Positions 38,329 through 47,893 of a stretch of 64,000 bases of DNA are shown here, in pieces; positions within the stretch are counted from its first letter, which is position 1; each line of letters opens with the position of its first letter. The translations under genes were made by a program, and so were the position numbers. The notes below the pieces were generated by a model. That model worked only from the letters and a program-made list of their open reading frames with translations, was not told where the DNA came from and ran no database searches. Source of the DNA: an uncultured bacterium (GTDB lineage: Bacteria; Bacillota_I; Bacilli_A; RFN20; CAG-826); assembly GCA_949300345.1 (NCBI GenBank), contig CASGDR010000006.1:6922-70921 (forward strand), written 5' to 3'.

Positions 38329-40458
38329 ATGAAGACAAAGAAGAAAGCGTACGCGATGCTTGGCCTATTCGTAGGCGCCCTGGCCCTAACCGGCTGTAAC
38401 GGAGCGACCGAAGATACCAAGGGCAACATCCTCACCTATGTGGACGCCGACGGGAACGTCGTCGGCTACACTGCCGAGGAACTGCTGTGGAACTACCAAG
38501 CTAACGGAACCGCACTTTCGACCGAATTCGACCGGATCTATGAAGTCCTGATCCGGAAGTACTACAGCCAGGAATCCCAGAGCGCTGAGTACAACAACAT
38601 CCTGAACAACGCGACCAACGCCGTGAAGTCCGATCAGGAAACCGCACAGAGCAACGCCACGGCCAACGGCACCAGCTACGAGACCGAGATGCAGACCATC
38701 CTCGACAGCCACTCCGTCGACAACCTCGACGAACTGCTCGAGTACTACATCTACAACGGCACATCCGAATTCCCCGGAGAGAAGGACACCTTCGAGGACA
38801 ATTTCTATGCCGATAACGTAGAAGCGATGCGCGATGGCTCGACCCAGGGCCTCGACCACGCTAGCGACGATCCCCTATTCCCCTCTTCCGAGGAATACGG
38901 CATCGGCAACAGCGGCTGGCTCAAGGAAGAAATCCCCTACCACGTCCGCCACGTGCTCATCAATGTCTCGGCTACCTATAGCAACTTCGTCAATGGCGAA
39001 ATCACCATGGATGACGGCATCAAGCTCAGCAACGCCATCTTCGCCATGGCCGGCGTCAACTTCATCGCCGATACCAATAACTACGAGTCTCTCGGAACCC
39101 TCACCCCGGTGAGCGGTTCTTCCCGCCAGAGCTTCGGGCAGATTGCCCTCCAGTATTCCGACGATACCACCAGCGCCGTCAACTACGGCGACCTCGGACT
39201 GATGGCGGATAGCTATGTGAACGAATTCCGCCTCGGCGTCTATGCCTATGAGTCTCTATATAATGAAGAGGTTAAGGCTAGCCCCTACTGGCAGGCCAAT
39301 GTCGCCCAGATCACTCCGGGCCTAAAGAAGGATGCCACCAGCCAGAGCGACGTGGACGACGAACAGACCGTCGGCATGGCCGAAAATAGCCCGACCGTCA
39401 ACGAATACTTCAATGACCTCGGCATCGGCACCATCCCCTTCGGCGCCGTCGTGGCTTTGGCTAGGACCAGCGCCACTTCCGCTTGGGAAAGGGATAGCAA
39501 CAACCTGCCGGTCAACGACAACATCGCGACCACCTATCCGCGCAACATCATCTTCAACAAGTACTTCAACAAGCACAATGTCTGCGTGATCACCCCCAAC
39601 GAGATCGCCTTCAATGACCAGACCGGCCAGATCTCCGCGGACTCCGAGGAAGGCGTCTATAGCCAAGACTACGGTGCCCTCCCCGGCTTCTCCACTTACG
39701 ACACCACCAACGTTTTGCCCCAGTTCCAGAACAATGTCCTGACCAACTCCGAAGGACAGATCATCCTGGCCGTGAGGGCCGGAACCTCGGATTATACCGG
39801 CATCCACTTCATCGTCATCCAGCGCGACGGGCTTAGCCAGTACGGTTCCAGCCTCGTCGAGGGATCCTACAAGATGAATACCGCCAAGACCGACGGCGTG
39901 GCCGACCTCTCCGAGTACTACACCCTCTACACCACCAACGAGTCCAACTACCCGAAGAGCTCCTCCGGCAATGACCTGACCACCTATGTCAACTACAACA
40001 CCCAGGCGGTCACCGGCGGGGACAACAACCAAACCTCCCGCGTTTCCACCATCCGCGACGAAATCGAAGGCTATAGCGATGCCATCTCGACCTACATCTT
40101 CCAGGACCTCATCGAAGGCGACGGAACCGAAGGCAAGATCGAATTCACCAATAGCCGCATCGAGTCCGACATGCAGCGCTACATCCGTCTGCGCCGCACC
40201 TCGGCCGTGGATGAGGAATTCGAGACCTTCAAGGATGCTTGGCTTAGCTACGCCGAGCTACTGACCGCTCAGGAAAGCGCCCGCACCTTCGGCTACATCG
40301 TCGATGACCAAGGCAATGTCAGGGCCCCCACCAGCGCCGAAGCCTCCGAGAACAACCCGAGGCTCGTCCCCGAAAGATGCGCCATCGGCTTCAAAGGCGA
40401 CAAGACCAGCAATGCCGACTGGCAGGAAGGAGGAGTCTGCTATTATGTCAACAACTAA
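38329..40458 (+). CDS. Large lipoprotein with parvulin/PrsA-like foldase motifs
   Basis: Lipobox LTGC; HVRHVLI, YSDDTTSAVNYGDLG, GIHFIVI; neighbours hit and yhaM as prsA does in Bacilli. Confidence 0.65.
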   Translation: MKTKKKAYAMLGLFVGALALTGCNGATEDTKGNILTYVDADGNVVGYTAEELLWNYQANGTALSTEFDRIYEVLIRKYYSQESQSAEYNNILNNATNAVKSDQETAQSNATANGTSYETEMQTILDSHSVDNLDELLEYYIYNGTSEFPGEKDTFEDNFYADNVEAMRDGSTQGLDHASDDPLFPSSEEYGIGNSGWLKEEIPYHVRHVLINVSATYSNFVNGEITMDDGIKLSNAIFAMAGVNFIADTNNYESLGTLTPVSGSSRQSFGQIALQYSDDTTSAVNYGDLGLMADSYVNEFRLGVYAYESLYNEEVKASPYWQANVAQITPGLKKDATSQSDVDDEQTVGMAENSPTVNEYFNDLGIGTIPFGAVVALARTSATSAWERDSNNLPVNDNIATTYPRNIIFNKYFNKHNVCVITPNEIAFNDQTGQISADSEEGVYSQDYGALPGFSTYDTTNVLPQFQNNVLTNSEGQIILAVRAGTSDYTGIHFIVIQRDGLSQYGSSLVEGSYKMNTAKTDGVADLSEYYTLYTTNESNYPKSSSGNDLTTYVNYNTQAVTGGDNNQTSRVSTIRDEIEGYSDAISTYIFQDLIEGDGTEGKIEFTNSRIESDMQRYIRLRRTSAVDEEFETFKDAWLSYAELLTAQESARTFGYIVDDQGNVRAPTSAEASENNPRLVPERCAIGFKGDKTSNADWQEGGVCYYVNN

Positions 40459-42163
40459 GAAGGCAAAGGCCCTTGCGGTATTCTCCGCCGTGGCCGCCGC
40501 GGCCCTAGTAAGCGGCTGCAACGCCGTTGAGGCCCGTCCCGCCGACAGCTTCTACTACGACACCATCCTCAATCTGGAAAACATCGTCAACAACCAGATG
40601 AAGGAAATCTATGATTCCGTAGTCACGGCTGGGGACACCAACTCCGAAACCATCCTCAACAACATCCTCTACATCTATGCCGAGACCACCTTCGGCTCCT
40701 TCTATGGCGAAAACGGGCTCAAGGCCGCCGTCACCAGCGGCAATGCCGAACAGCTGAAGGCCATCGCCGACACCTATGGCGTCTATGAAGGCAACACCGA
40801 GCTGGTCAAACAGCTCTACAAAAACGTGGTCTACTCCATCGAGGAAACCTTCCTCGGCTATGTGACCGAGACCACCTACCAGACCCGCAACGTCTTCTAT
40901 GAAGAGGACTTCTACGATGCCCAGATCGCGGCCTACTATGACCTCGACGAGGCCACCGAATTCGGCCGCAAGCTGGTCGATGGCTCCCTTCGTCTGGAAG
41001 AAGGCACCCTCGGTACCGCCGACACCCTGGTTGGAACCGATGCCTACTTCGTGGACATCCTCGACCGCTATGAGCCCTACGTCGAGCAGGCTGTCTTGCC
41101 CGACATCTACCGTGACTTGCTCACCGGACAGTATCTAATCGGACAGAACTACCGCTCCTTGGGCCTAAGCTATGCCAGGAAAGTGGACATCATCTCCCTG
41201 AGCAACTCCACTTCCGACATGACCACCGAACTGGTCAATGCCTATGCCGACATCGTCATCAACGGCAATGACGCCTATCCCAATTACAAAGGCGTCTCCT
41301 ACCTTGGCTTCGAATTCCTCTCCAACCTCTACAAGGGAACCTACGAGAGGGTCTACCGCAACACCCTGAGCGCGGAAGAACAAACCGTTGCCGACGGGGC
41401 GGCCGCGGCCATCTATGCCCAGGCCGGTTGGACCCAGGAAACCTTCACTGGGGACGATCCCCTCGACGGAGGAACCTCTGCCACCTACTGGAAGCAGTCC
41501 AGCCTCGGACAGATCTATGAGGATTATTCAGAGTTGACCAACAACCGTTGGACCGATGACGAAACCATCCGCAGCGACTTCACCAACTCGGGTGCCTACG
41601 AGCCGGAAATCGGCTTTGTCATCAAGTACAACGAGCTGGTCGCCACCTCCCACACCGACCATAGCTGGTACACTTCTACCGGCATGGCCGATGGCACCAT
41701 CCCCTCGGCGATGCAGACCCGTCTATTCCGCATCAACGTTGCCAACGAAGTCGACTTCAACACCGACGATCAGGGCAACTACCAGGACAACATGGAGATG
41801 GACTATGGCTGGTACCGCAACGGCGAGTACTTCCTGATCCCTGCCAACTACGAAGACGGCAGCACCACTCCCTATCTCGTCCTCGATAGCGGCACCTGGT
41901 ACATGATCAAGGTCGAGGAAGCCGTGAAGACTTCCAAGCTCTCCGAGACCAATGACCAGAGCTATTCCAAGATGGCCAAGCACTCCGACGATCCCCTCTT
42001 CCTAGATGAGATCGTCCGCGAAGTCTCCGGGCTACTCTCGGATAACTCCACCTACACCAATACCGCCAACCAATACTACGTAGAGCAGATGGCCATCACC
42101 TTCCATGACGATGACGTCTACAACTACTTCAAATCCACCTTCTCGACCCTATACAACGACTAA
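40445..42163 (+). CDS. Large acidic lipoprotein, possible degenerate PrsA-like paralogue
   Basis: Start MSTTKK at 40445, lipobox VSGC; overlaps previous gene. Confidence 0.65.
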   Translation: MSTTKKAKALAVFSAVAAAALVSGCNAVEARPADSFYYDTILNLENIVNNQMKEIYDSVVTAGDTNSETILNNILYIYAETTFGSFYGENGLKAAVTSGNAEQLKAIADTYGVYEGNTELVKQLYKNVVYSIEETFLGYVTETTYQTRNVFYEEDFYDAQIAAYYDLDEATEFGRKLVDGSLRLEEGTLGTADTLVGTDAYFVDILDRYEPYVEQAVLPDIYRDLLTGQYLIGQNYRSLGLSYARKVDIISLSNSTSDMTTELVNAYADIVINGNDAYPNYKGVSYLGFEFLSNLYKGTYERVYRNTLSAEEQTVADGAAAAIYAQAGWTQETFTGDDPLDGGTSATYWKQSSLGQIYEDYSELTNNRWTDDETIRSDFTNSGAYEPEIGFVIKYNELVATSHTDHSWYTSTGMADGTIPSAMQTRLFRINVANEVDFNTDDQGNYQDNMEMDYGWYRNGEYFLIPANYEDGSTTPYLVLDSGTWYMIKVEEAVKTSKLSETNDQSYSKMAKHSDDPLFLDEIVREVSGLLSDNSTYTNTANQYYVEQMAITFHDDDVYNYFKSTFSTLYND

Positions 42164-42178
42164 AAGGGTTCTATAATC

Positions 42179-42202
42179 GGGGATGGGAAACCATCCCCTT
42201 TT
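42179..42202 (+). terminator. Intrinsic terminator after lipoprotein pair
   Basis: GGGGATGG-GAAA-CCATCCCC-TTTT. Confidence 0.8.
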
Positions 42203-42219
42203 CTATTAGGAGAACAGCA

Positions 42220-42633
42220 ATGAAAGACGTATTCTGCCGCATCATCGAGGGCGAAATCCCCTCCAACAAGGTCTATGAAGACGACGACGTCCTCGCCATC
42301 TTGGATATATCCCAGGCCACCAGGGGCCATACCTTGGTCATGCCCAAAGCCCATTACGAATCGATCCTCGATACCCCCAAAGCCATTCTCCATAAGGTCT
42401 ACGACGTGGCCCAGCGCATCGCCCAGGCCATGGTCGCCGAACTGGGGGCCAAAGGGGTGAATATCCTCACCAACGCCAAGGAAATGGCCGGACAGACCGT
42501 ACCCCACTTCCATGTCCATGTCATCCCCCGCTACATGGCCGGAGAAGGCGGCTTCATGATCGAGATGAAAAACAACGAAGGCAAGGAAGACCTGCCCCTA
42601 CTGGTGGCGAAAATCACCCACGGCATGGATTGA
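42220..42633 (+). CDS. HIT family protein
   Basis: FCRIIEGEIP, GHTLVMPK, HFHVH. Confidence 0.95.
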   Translation: MKDVFCRIIEGEIPSNKVYEDDDVLAILDISQATRGHTLVMPKAHYESILDTPKAILHKVYDVAQRIAQAMVAELGAKGVNILTNAKEMAGQTVPHFHVHVIPRYMAGEGGFMIEMKNNEGKEDLPLLVAKITHGMD

Positions 42634-42735
42634 CAAATCACCAATTCTCCGCAAATATTGAATTAGGCAGAGGCGGATCGAATCGATATTGTAGTAGCGA
42701 AGCGAAAAATAACCGAATAGTAGATCCGCACTCGT

Positions 42736-42767
42736 AGGACCATTGGAAAAACCCAATGGTCCTTTTT
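42736..42767 (+). terminator. Intrinsic terminator between hit and yhaM
   Basis: AGGACCATTGG-N6-CCAATGGTCCT-TTTT. Confidence 0.8.
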
Positions 42768-43709
42768 CTAATTGCCTTTGGGCTTGTAGAAATACCCTTC
42801 TTCGAGGGCAAAGACCTTCTGGGTCCAGTCACCGGGATTAACCCCGTCTAGGGCCTTATCGAGGATATCCATCTTGGCATCGAGGTCATCGATGAAATGA
42901 AGGACCAGGGCTTCCCTAGTTTCCGGACGGACGGATGAGCCTTTATCCGGCTCGCCATGGTGGGATAAAACCATGTGCTCGAGAAGCAGGGCTTTTTCGT
43001 TTTTGCCTAGGCCGAGTTCCTTGGCTTTTTCGGCAACCAGATCAGCCCCGATGGCAATATGCCCGAGCAATCTACCCGGCAGGGTATATTTGGTGGCGAT
43101 GGGGCCGGATAGTTCCACCGTCTTGCCTAGATCATGGACCAGGCAGCCGGCGATGAGCATATCCCTATCAAGGACGGGATATAGCTTAGCGACCTCCTCG
43201 GCCAGATTGGCCATGCAGATGGAATGGAAGAGCAATCCGGAGATGCAGTTATGGTGGTTTCTGACCGCGGCGGGATGCTTGATGAAGTCCTCGCGGTGGT
43301 CCTTTATCAAGGAATTGACCAGCTTGGAAAGATCGGGGTCTTTGATCGAAGAGAGATAATTATCGAGCTTTAACACGAGTTCCTGCGGGGAAACCGGGCA
43401 GGGAATGGCAAACCTATTGGCGTCCACGAGGCTTTGATCGAGGTCACGGATATAGCTGACCTTCATCTGGGGGGAACCCTTGTATTCGAGCACCTCCCCG
43501 GTCAGCGCGATGACTTTGCCGGCCTGACAGATGTCCTCATCATCAGGCTCGACATCCCATTTCTTGGCGGGCATGGTGCCCGAAGCGTCCTGGAGGACGA
43601 TATTCAAATAGGGTTTTCCGTTGTTGCTGAGGCAGCGGTTGCAGGAAGCGACCAGAAACTGGCCGTCGACCCTATCGCCGTCCATCAAATCCTTCAATGT
43701 TCTATTCAT
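42768..43709 (-). CDS. yhaM: 3'-5' exoribonuclease YhaM
   Basis: OB fold plus HD domain: HPAAVRNHH, HDLGK, LSHHG, DDLDAK. Confidence 0.92.
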   Translation of the reverse strand: MNRTLKDLMDGDRVDGQFLVASCNRCLSNNGKPYLNIVLQDASGTMPAKKWDVEPDDEDICQAGKVIALTGEVLEYKGSPQMKVSYIRDLDQSLVDANRFAIPCPVSPQELVLKLDNYLSSIKDPDLSKLVNSLIKDHREDFIKHPAAVRNHHNCISGLLFHSICMANLAEEVAKLYPVLDRDMLIAGCLVHDLGKTVELSGPIATKYTLPGRLLGHIAIGADLVAEKAKELGLGKNEKALLLEHMVLSHHGEPDKGSSVRPETREALVLHFIDDLDAKMDILDKALDGVNPGDWTQKVFALEEGYFYKPKGN

Positions 43710-44488
43710 ATCTCTGAAATTGCCCTCCGGATGTCCTTTGTAGTATACCCCTTTTGGGAAAGCTTCCTAAAGAGGGCCTGTTTCCCTTCCAAGGTGTTAT
43801 ATGGGTGTTTGAGGGCCGGAAGGATCTTCCTAGCCTCATTCAGGCAGGCTCTATACTCTTCCTCTTCCTGCTTGGGGGTGTTCTCCATCATATCCACCAA
43901 GGATGAGAAATCCCCGTGTTCGAAACCCCTCCTAAGCAGGGCTTCCGATACCTTGGCCTTCCTTTTGATAAGAGGATAGCCCTCGTATTTCCTGATTAAG
44001 GAAGCATAGGCCTGCTTGGCAAGCTCTTTCTGATCGGGGAAAACAAGGTTCTCGATATTGTTTAGGCCTTTGGGATATAAAACCTTATCGATGATGTGCC
44101 TTTTCCCATAAAGGGAATAGGAATATGACTCGATGAGGTCTTTGGATAAGGAAATATCATCGATATAGCCTAGCCTTTGGTATTCATCGACAATCGATTT
44201 GGCGGTCCTATAATCGGTTTTGTTTAGCAAGGCTTCAAGGATATCTTTGGAGGATTTATTCCCCTTAGTAAGCATCTTTGAGGCCTTTTCCCTAGCCTCT
44301 TGGGTCTTGGATAGTTCCACCAGCCTCTTATATTCCTTAGGAGTGAGCTCTTTACCCACATAAAGCGGGAAATCCAGATAGGAATCGAGGGACAAGGTAA
44401 AACAGCGGCTCCCCAATGAGATTTTGGCGGTTTTGCCGACGTTGACCTTGGTGATGGTATTACCAGTTTTTCCTGATGGCCCTTGCAT
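43706..44488 (-). CDS. recX: RecX family regulator
   Basis: GYIDD, LLRRGF, LSQKGY helical repeats; start uncertain. Confidence 0.65.
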   Translation of the reverse strand: MQGPSGKTGNTITKVNVGKTAKISLGSRCFTLSLDSYLDFPLYVGKELTPKEYKRLVELSKTQEAREKASKMLTKGNKSSKDILEALLNKTDYRTAKSIVDEYQRLGYIDDISLSKDLIESYSYSLYGKRHIIDKVLYPKGLNNIENLVFPDQKELAKQAYASLIRKYEGYPLIKRKAKVSEALLRRGFEHGDFSSLVDMMENTPKQEEEEYRACLNEARKILPALKHPYNTLEGKQALFRKLSQKGYTTKDIRRAISEI

Positions 44489-45635
44489 ATACCTTGAGGA
44501 TGTTCTCCGCGAACTTATCCATGGAATAGGGTTCGATGGAGACATCGGCGTTTTTCCTAATGCCCTCCAAGGTCTTCTCATCTAGTGAGAGGACCCTCTC
44601 CAGCTTGCTGGAAAAATCGTTTTCGTCTTGGAAGAAGAAACCGTCCTTGCCGTCATGGACCGTATCGGCGAGGGCATCGTCGTAGCGGATAAGAAGCACC
44701 AAGCGGGAGGCCATGGCCTCCATGAAGGTCAGGCCTTGGGTTTCGGTAATCGATGCCGAAAGGAAGATGTCCCCTAGACTATAGTAAATGGGCACGTTCT
44801 TGGGCGGAACCGGCCCTGCGAAGATGACATCCTTCGCAATTCCCAACTCCTTTGCCAGATTCTTCAAAGGCGTGAGGCTGGGTCCCCCACCGACGAGCAG
44901 GAAGACCGTATCGTGTTTCTTATGCCCGGCGATATAGTTGGCATAGCCCCTAAGCAAGACATCGATGGATTTCTCGGGGGCCACCCTACCAAGGAAGAGG
45001 AGGACCTTCTTATTCTCGGGAAGATGGAGTTTTTCTTTGGCCTCGACAACTTTCTGCTTATCGATGTTCTTTTCGTAGAACCTCGAGAAATCGATGCCGG
45101 TAGGGACCACGGAGATGAACTTGTCGACTCCGATGGAACGCATGTATTCCTTGGTCTTCTCGCTGGGGGTGACCAGTTCGTCGGCCCTTCTGGAGAGGAA
45201 GCGGAAATAGACTCTGACCATGTTTTTGGCAAAGCGGTCGAAATACCCCTTTGTAGCGTAATGGGTGTAGTCCTCATAGGCCGTGTGGAAGGTGGTGACC
45301 GAAGGGACGTTTAGGCGATTGGAAACGATGTAGCCGAATTGTCCGATCCCGGCGTCATTTTGGATGTGGCAGATATCCGGATGGAAGGCCCTGAGCAGCT
45401 CCATGGCCTTGGGAGAATAGAAACCCGCGGCCCGGTAGCCATAGAATTTTTTCATCTCGATGCCGGGAATGCGGATGATGTGGTCAATGTAGGAAAACTG
45501 GTTCGAAAAGGGGTTGGTAGTGACCATGATGACCTCATGCCCGTGGTTTTCAAGGGTCTTCATGTGGCTATAGCAGGAGGTAGCCACCCCGTTTATTTCC
45601 GGGGGGAAGGTATCCGAGAAGATGGCGATCCTCAT
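44460..45635 (-). CDS. GT4 glycosyltransferase (diacylglycerol glucosyltransferase-like)
   Basis: SDTFPPEINGVA, PTGID, GRVAPEK, ETQGLTFMEAM. Confidence 0.88.
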   Translation of the reverse strand: MRIAIFSDTFPPEINGVATSCYSHMKTLENHGHEVIMVTTNPFSNQFSYIDHIIRIPGIEMKKFYGYRAAGFYSPKAMELLRAFHPDICHIQNDAGIGQFGYIVSNRLNVPSVTTFHTAYEDYTHYATKGYFDRFAKNMVRVYFRFLSRRADELVTPSEKTKEYMRSIGVDKFISVVPTGIDFSRFYEKNIDKQKVVEAKEKLHLPENKKVLLFLGRVAPEKSIDVLLRGYANYIAGHKKHDTVFLLVGGGPSLTPLKNLAKELGIAKDVIFAGPVPPKNVPIYYSLGDIFLSASITETQGLTFMEAMASRLVLLIRYDDALADTVHDGKDGFFFQDENDFSSKLERVLSLDEKTLEGIRKNADVSIEPYSMDKFAENILKVYARAIRKNW

Positions 45636-46939
45636 CCTAGATTCCTCTTGGACTTGGCCGACTCATCCTTCTCGACCCGGTAGTGCCCTTTGGCATCTCC
45701 GGTAAAGGTATACGAATCGGTGTCTTCCATCTTCCTGATGATGTCCTTACGGGAAAGCTGGCGGGTCTGATAAAGGGTCTCTACATCCCTCTTGCGGTCA
45801 AGATAGGTCTCCAGCTGTATGTTGAAGAAGGTTTGCCTATTGGCGTATTTCCTAGTGACCTCGCCCTTACCGCGATAGAAGAGGGTGAGGATGGCGGTGA
45901 CGATGAGGACCAGATGGTAGGTGAAGAACCTCCAGGTGACCTGGGCGGCCGAGACCATGGCCGGGGAATTGTAGAAATCCGAGAAAACGTTGGAGAAGAA
46001 AAGCTCGGAAACGCCAGAGGAACCCGGGGTTGGAATCAAGCCGGTTACCATCTGGTGGAAGGCCGAGAAGAACATGCCATCGAAGAAGGTGGAAACCGAG
46101 GGATCTTCCGCTAGGCCGCCCATGGCCCAACCCGCCACGAAGGGAATGGCGAAGCGTAGGGCAAACATCAAAAAGAACAGGATGATGACGGTCACTGTGA
46201 CCGGTATGTTGCTTTGGAGCCTTCTTAGCTCGATGCGGTAGTTTTCGACCTGAACGCGAATGGATTCGCGGGCCCTTTCCACATTCTTGATGAGCTTGAT
46301 TTTGCCAAAGAAGCCGATCACGTAATGAGTGATGAAGTTATGGAACCTATGGCTATAGGACATCAAAAATACCAAGCCGGTGACCCCGATGTTTAGCCCG
46401 AAGCCGAAGATGATCAGAGGCACCATCGTGAAGGTATAGCCAAAGAGGTTCATGGTTAGGTTGGCGATCTTATTCCATTCCACGGCGATGGCCACCACAT
46501 CAAACAAAATCAGGGCAATCTGATATAGGATCAGCCACATGACCATGATGGAGGCGGCATTGGACAGGGAAACCCCTTGCCGCTTCAATATATAGGCTTG
46601 GACGAATTGCCCACCGGTCGAAGAAGGCGTGACGGCCGAATAGAAGGCTCCGACACCAGAGGTGGCAAGACCCTGAATCCAAGTGTATTGCCTGGTATAT
46701 AGACGACAGAAAATAAGAATGATGAGGCCATCGATCATATAGGAAGCCAAGACCATGGCCCCCATGACCACGAGACCCCAGGGGTTGGCAGTCGTAATGG
46801 CGGCCACAACCTCCTCGGTATCGGAGGAAAAGGCACTATAAAGGGAGATCCCGGTCAGAATCAGGATCACCGTGATGTAGATGACCATCTTCAGGGCCGA
46901 GCGGTCCTTCTTGGTCTTTACCTGAGTGTTTTGGCTCAT
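45632..46939 (-). CDS. Lysylphosphatidylglycerol synthase TM / UPF0104 flippase-like protein
   Basis: VTPSSTGGQ, IPTPGSSGVSE, WRFFTY; multi-TM. Confidence 0.82.
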   Translation of the reverse strand: MSQNTQVKTKKDRSALKMVIYITVILILTGISLYSAFSSDTEEVVAAITTANPWGLVVMGAMVLASYMIDGLIILIFCRLYTRQYTWIQGLATSGVGAFYSAVTPSSTGGQFVQAYILKRQGVSLSNAASIMVMWLILYQIALILFDVVAIAVEWNKIANLTMNLFGYTFTMVPLIIFGFGLNIGVTGLVFLMSYSHRFHNFITHYVIGFFGKIKLIKNVERARESIRVQVENYRIELRRLQSNIPVTVTVIILFFLMFALRFAIPFVAGWAMGGLAEDPSVSTFFDGMFFSAFHQMVTGLIPTPGSSGVSELFFSNVFSDFYNSPAMVSAAQVTWRFFTYHLVLIVTAILTLFYRGKGEVTRKYANRQTFFNIQLETYLDRKRDVETLYQTRQLSRKDIIRKMEDTDSYTFTGDAKGHYRVEKDESAKSKRNLG

Positions 46940-46976
46940 CGGGGCTATCTTATACCTAAATAGGTATCAGTTTCAC

Positions 46977-47801
46977 CTACCTGAGGTACAAAGAGACTAT
47001 TTCCGGCGGGGCTCCGAAGCGTAGGGACATGTAATAGGAATGCCCGCATCCGGCGGAAACGATATGGGCGAAGTCCCCTCTTCTATATAGCCCATGGACA
47101 TAGTCGCTGGTGGAAAATAGGGCTTTGCCGAAGATATATCCCTGCCCGGCATGGGTATGGCCCGATAGGACCAGATCGAACCCGGCCTTCGAGCACATCA
47201 TGGTGAAGCCCGGCTGATGGCAAAGCAAAATATTGAACTTGGATTTGTCGAGGTTTTCGGAAGCCTCATCCAAATATCCCTGCACTTTTGTGGCGTAATC
47301 GTCTCCCCTGCCATATCCCGGATCAAGGATGCCGGAGAGGGTATAGCCATTGCCTATATCCACGGTTTTGTTGTTGATGTTGCTGGCCCCATAGGAGTCA
47401 AGGTAATCCTCAAGTTCCCTTACCCTTTCTTCGGATAGTTCGACCTCGTGGTTGCCATGCACGTAATAGATGCCTAGACCCTTTATCGAGGAAGCGGCCT
47501 CCATCAAGGGATCGAGGAAACTTAGCGAGGTGGTATGCGAATCGATGAGGTCCCCGACCAAGAAGAGATAGTCAGGTTTTTGCTCCTCGATGGTCTTGGA
47601 CAAGGACAGCCCATTATCGTAGGTGTCCTGATGGTTATGGACGTCAGTGACGATCATGGCGCTGAGGGGACTACCGCTTCCCTCAAGCTCATAGACTGGA
47701 TTGGTCAGCTCTTCCCTATATACGCCCAAGTAGATGGCTAGGCCTAGGGAAACTAGGAAGACTCCTAGTGAGACTCCGGCAATCCAATTCCTCTGCTTCA
47801 T
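46977..47801 (-). CDS. Metallophosphoesterase (YkuE-like)
   Basis: TDVH, GDLID, GNHE, LCHQP, SGHTHAGQ; N-terminal TM. Confidence 0.88.
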   Translation of the reverse strand: MKQRNWIAGVSLGVFLVSLGLAIYLGVYREELTNPVYELEGSGSPLSAMIVTDVHNHQDTYDNGLSLSKTIEEQKPDYLFLVGDLIDSHTTSLSFLDPLMEAASSIKGLGIYYVHGNHEVELSEERVRELEDYLDSYGASNINNKTVDIGNGYTLSGILDPGYGRGDDYATKVQGYLDEASENLDKSKFNILLCHQPGFTMMCSKAGFDLVLSGHTHAGQGYIFGKALFSTSDYVHGLYRRGDFAHIVSAGCGHSYYMSLRFGAPPEIVSLYLR

Positions 47802-47845
47802 GGCCAATAGTCTACCACAATCCCCCATTGCCCTCATTAAGGGCA

Positions 47846-47879
47846 AAGAAAAAGGCAGACCGGAGGCTTGGTCTGCCTT
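47846..47879 (-). terminator. Intrinsic terminator after lipoprotein gene
   Basis: AAGGCAGACC-loop-GGTCTGCCTT followed by T-tract. Confidence 0.8.
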
Positions 47880-47893
47880 AGGTAGGGTCCTGC

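Noticed and set aside
39322-40032. 236-aa antisense ORF and many other 60-200 aa shadow ORFs
   Set aside because: They lie opposite well-supported genes with biased codon usage and carry no recognisable motifs.
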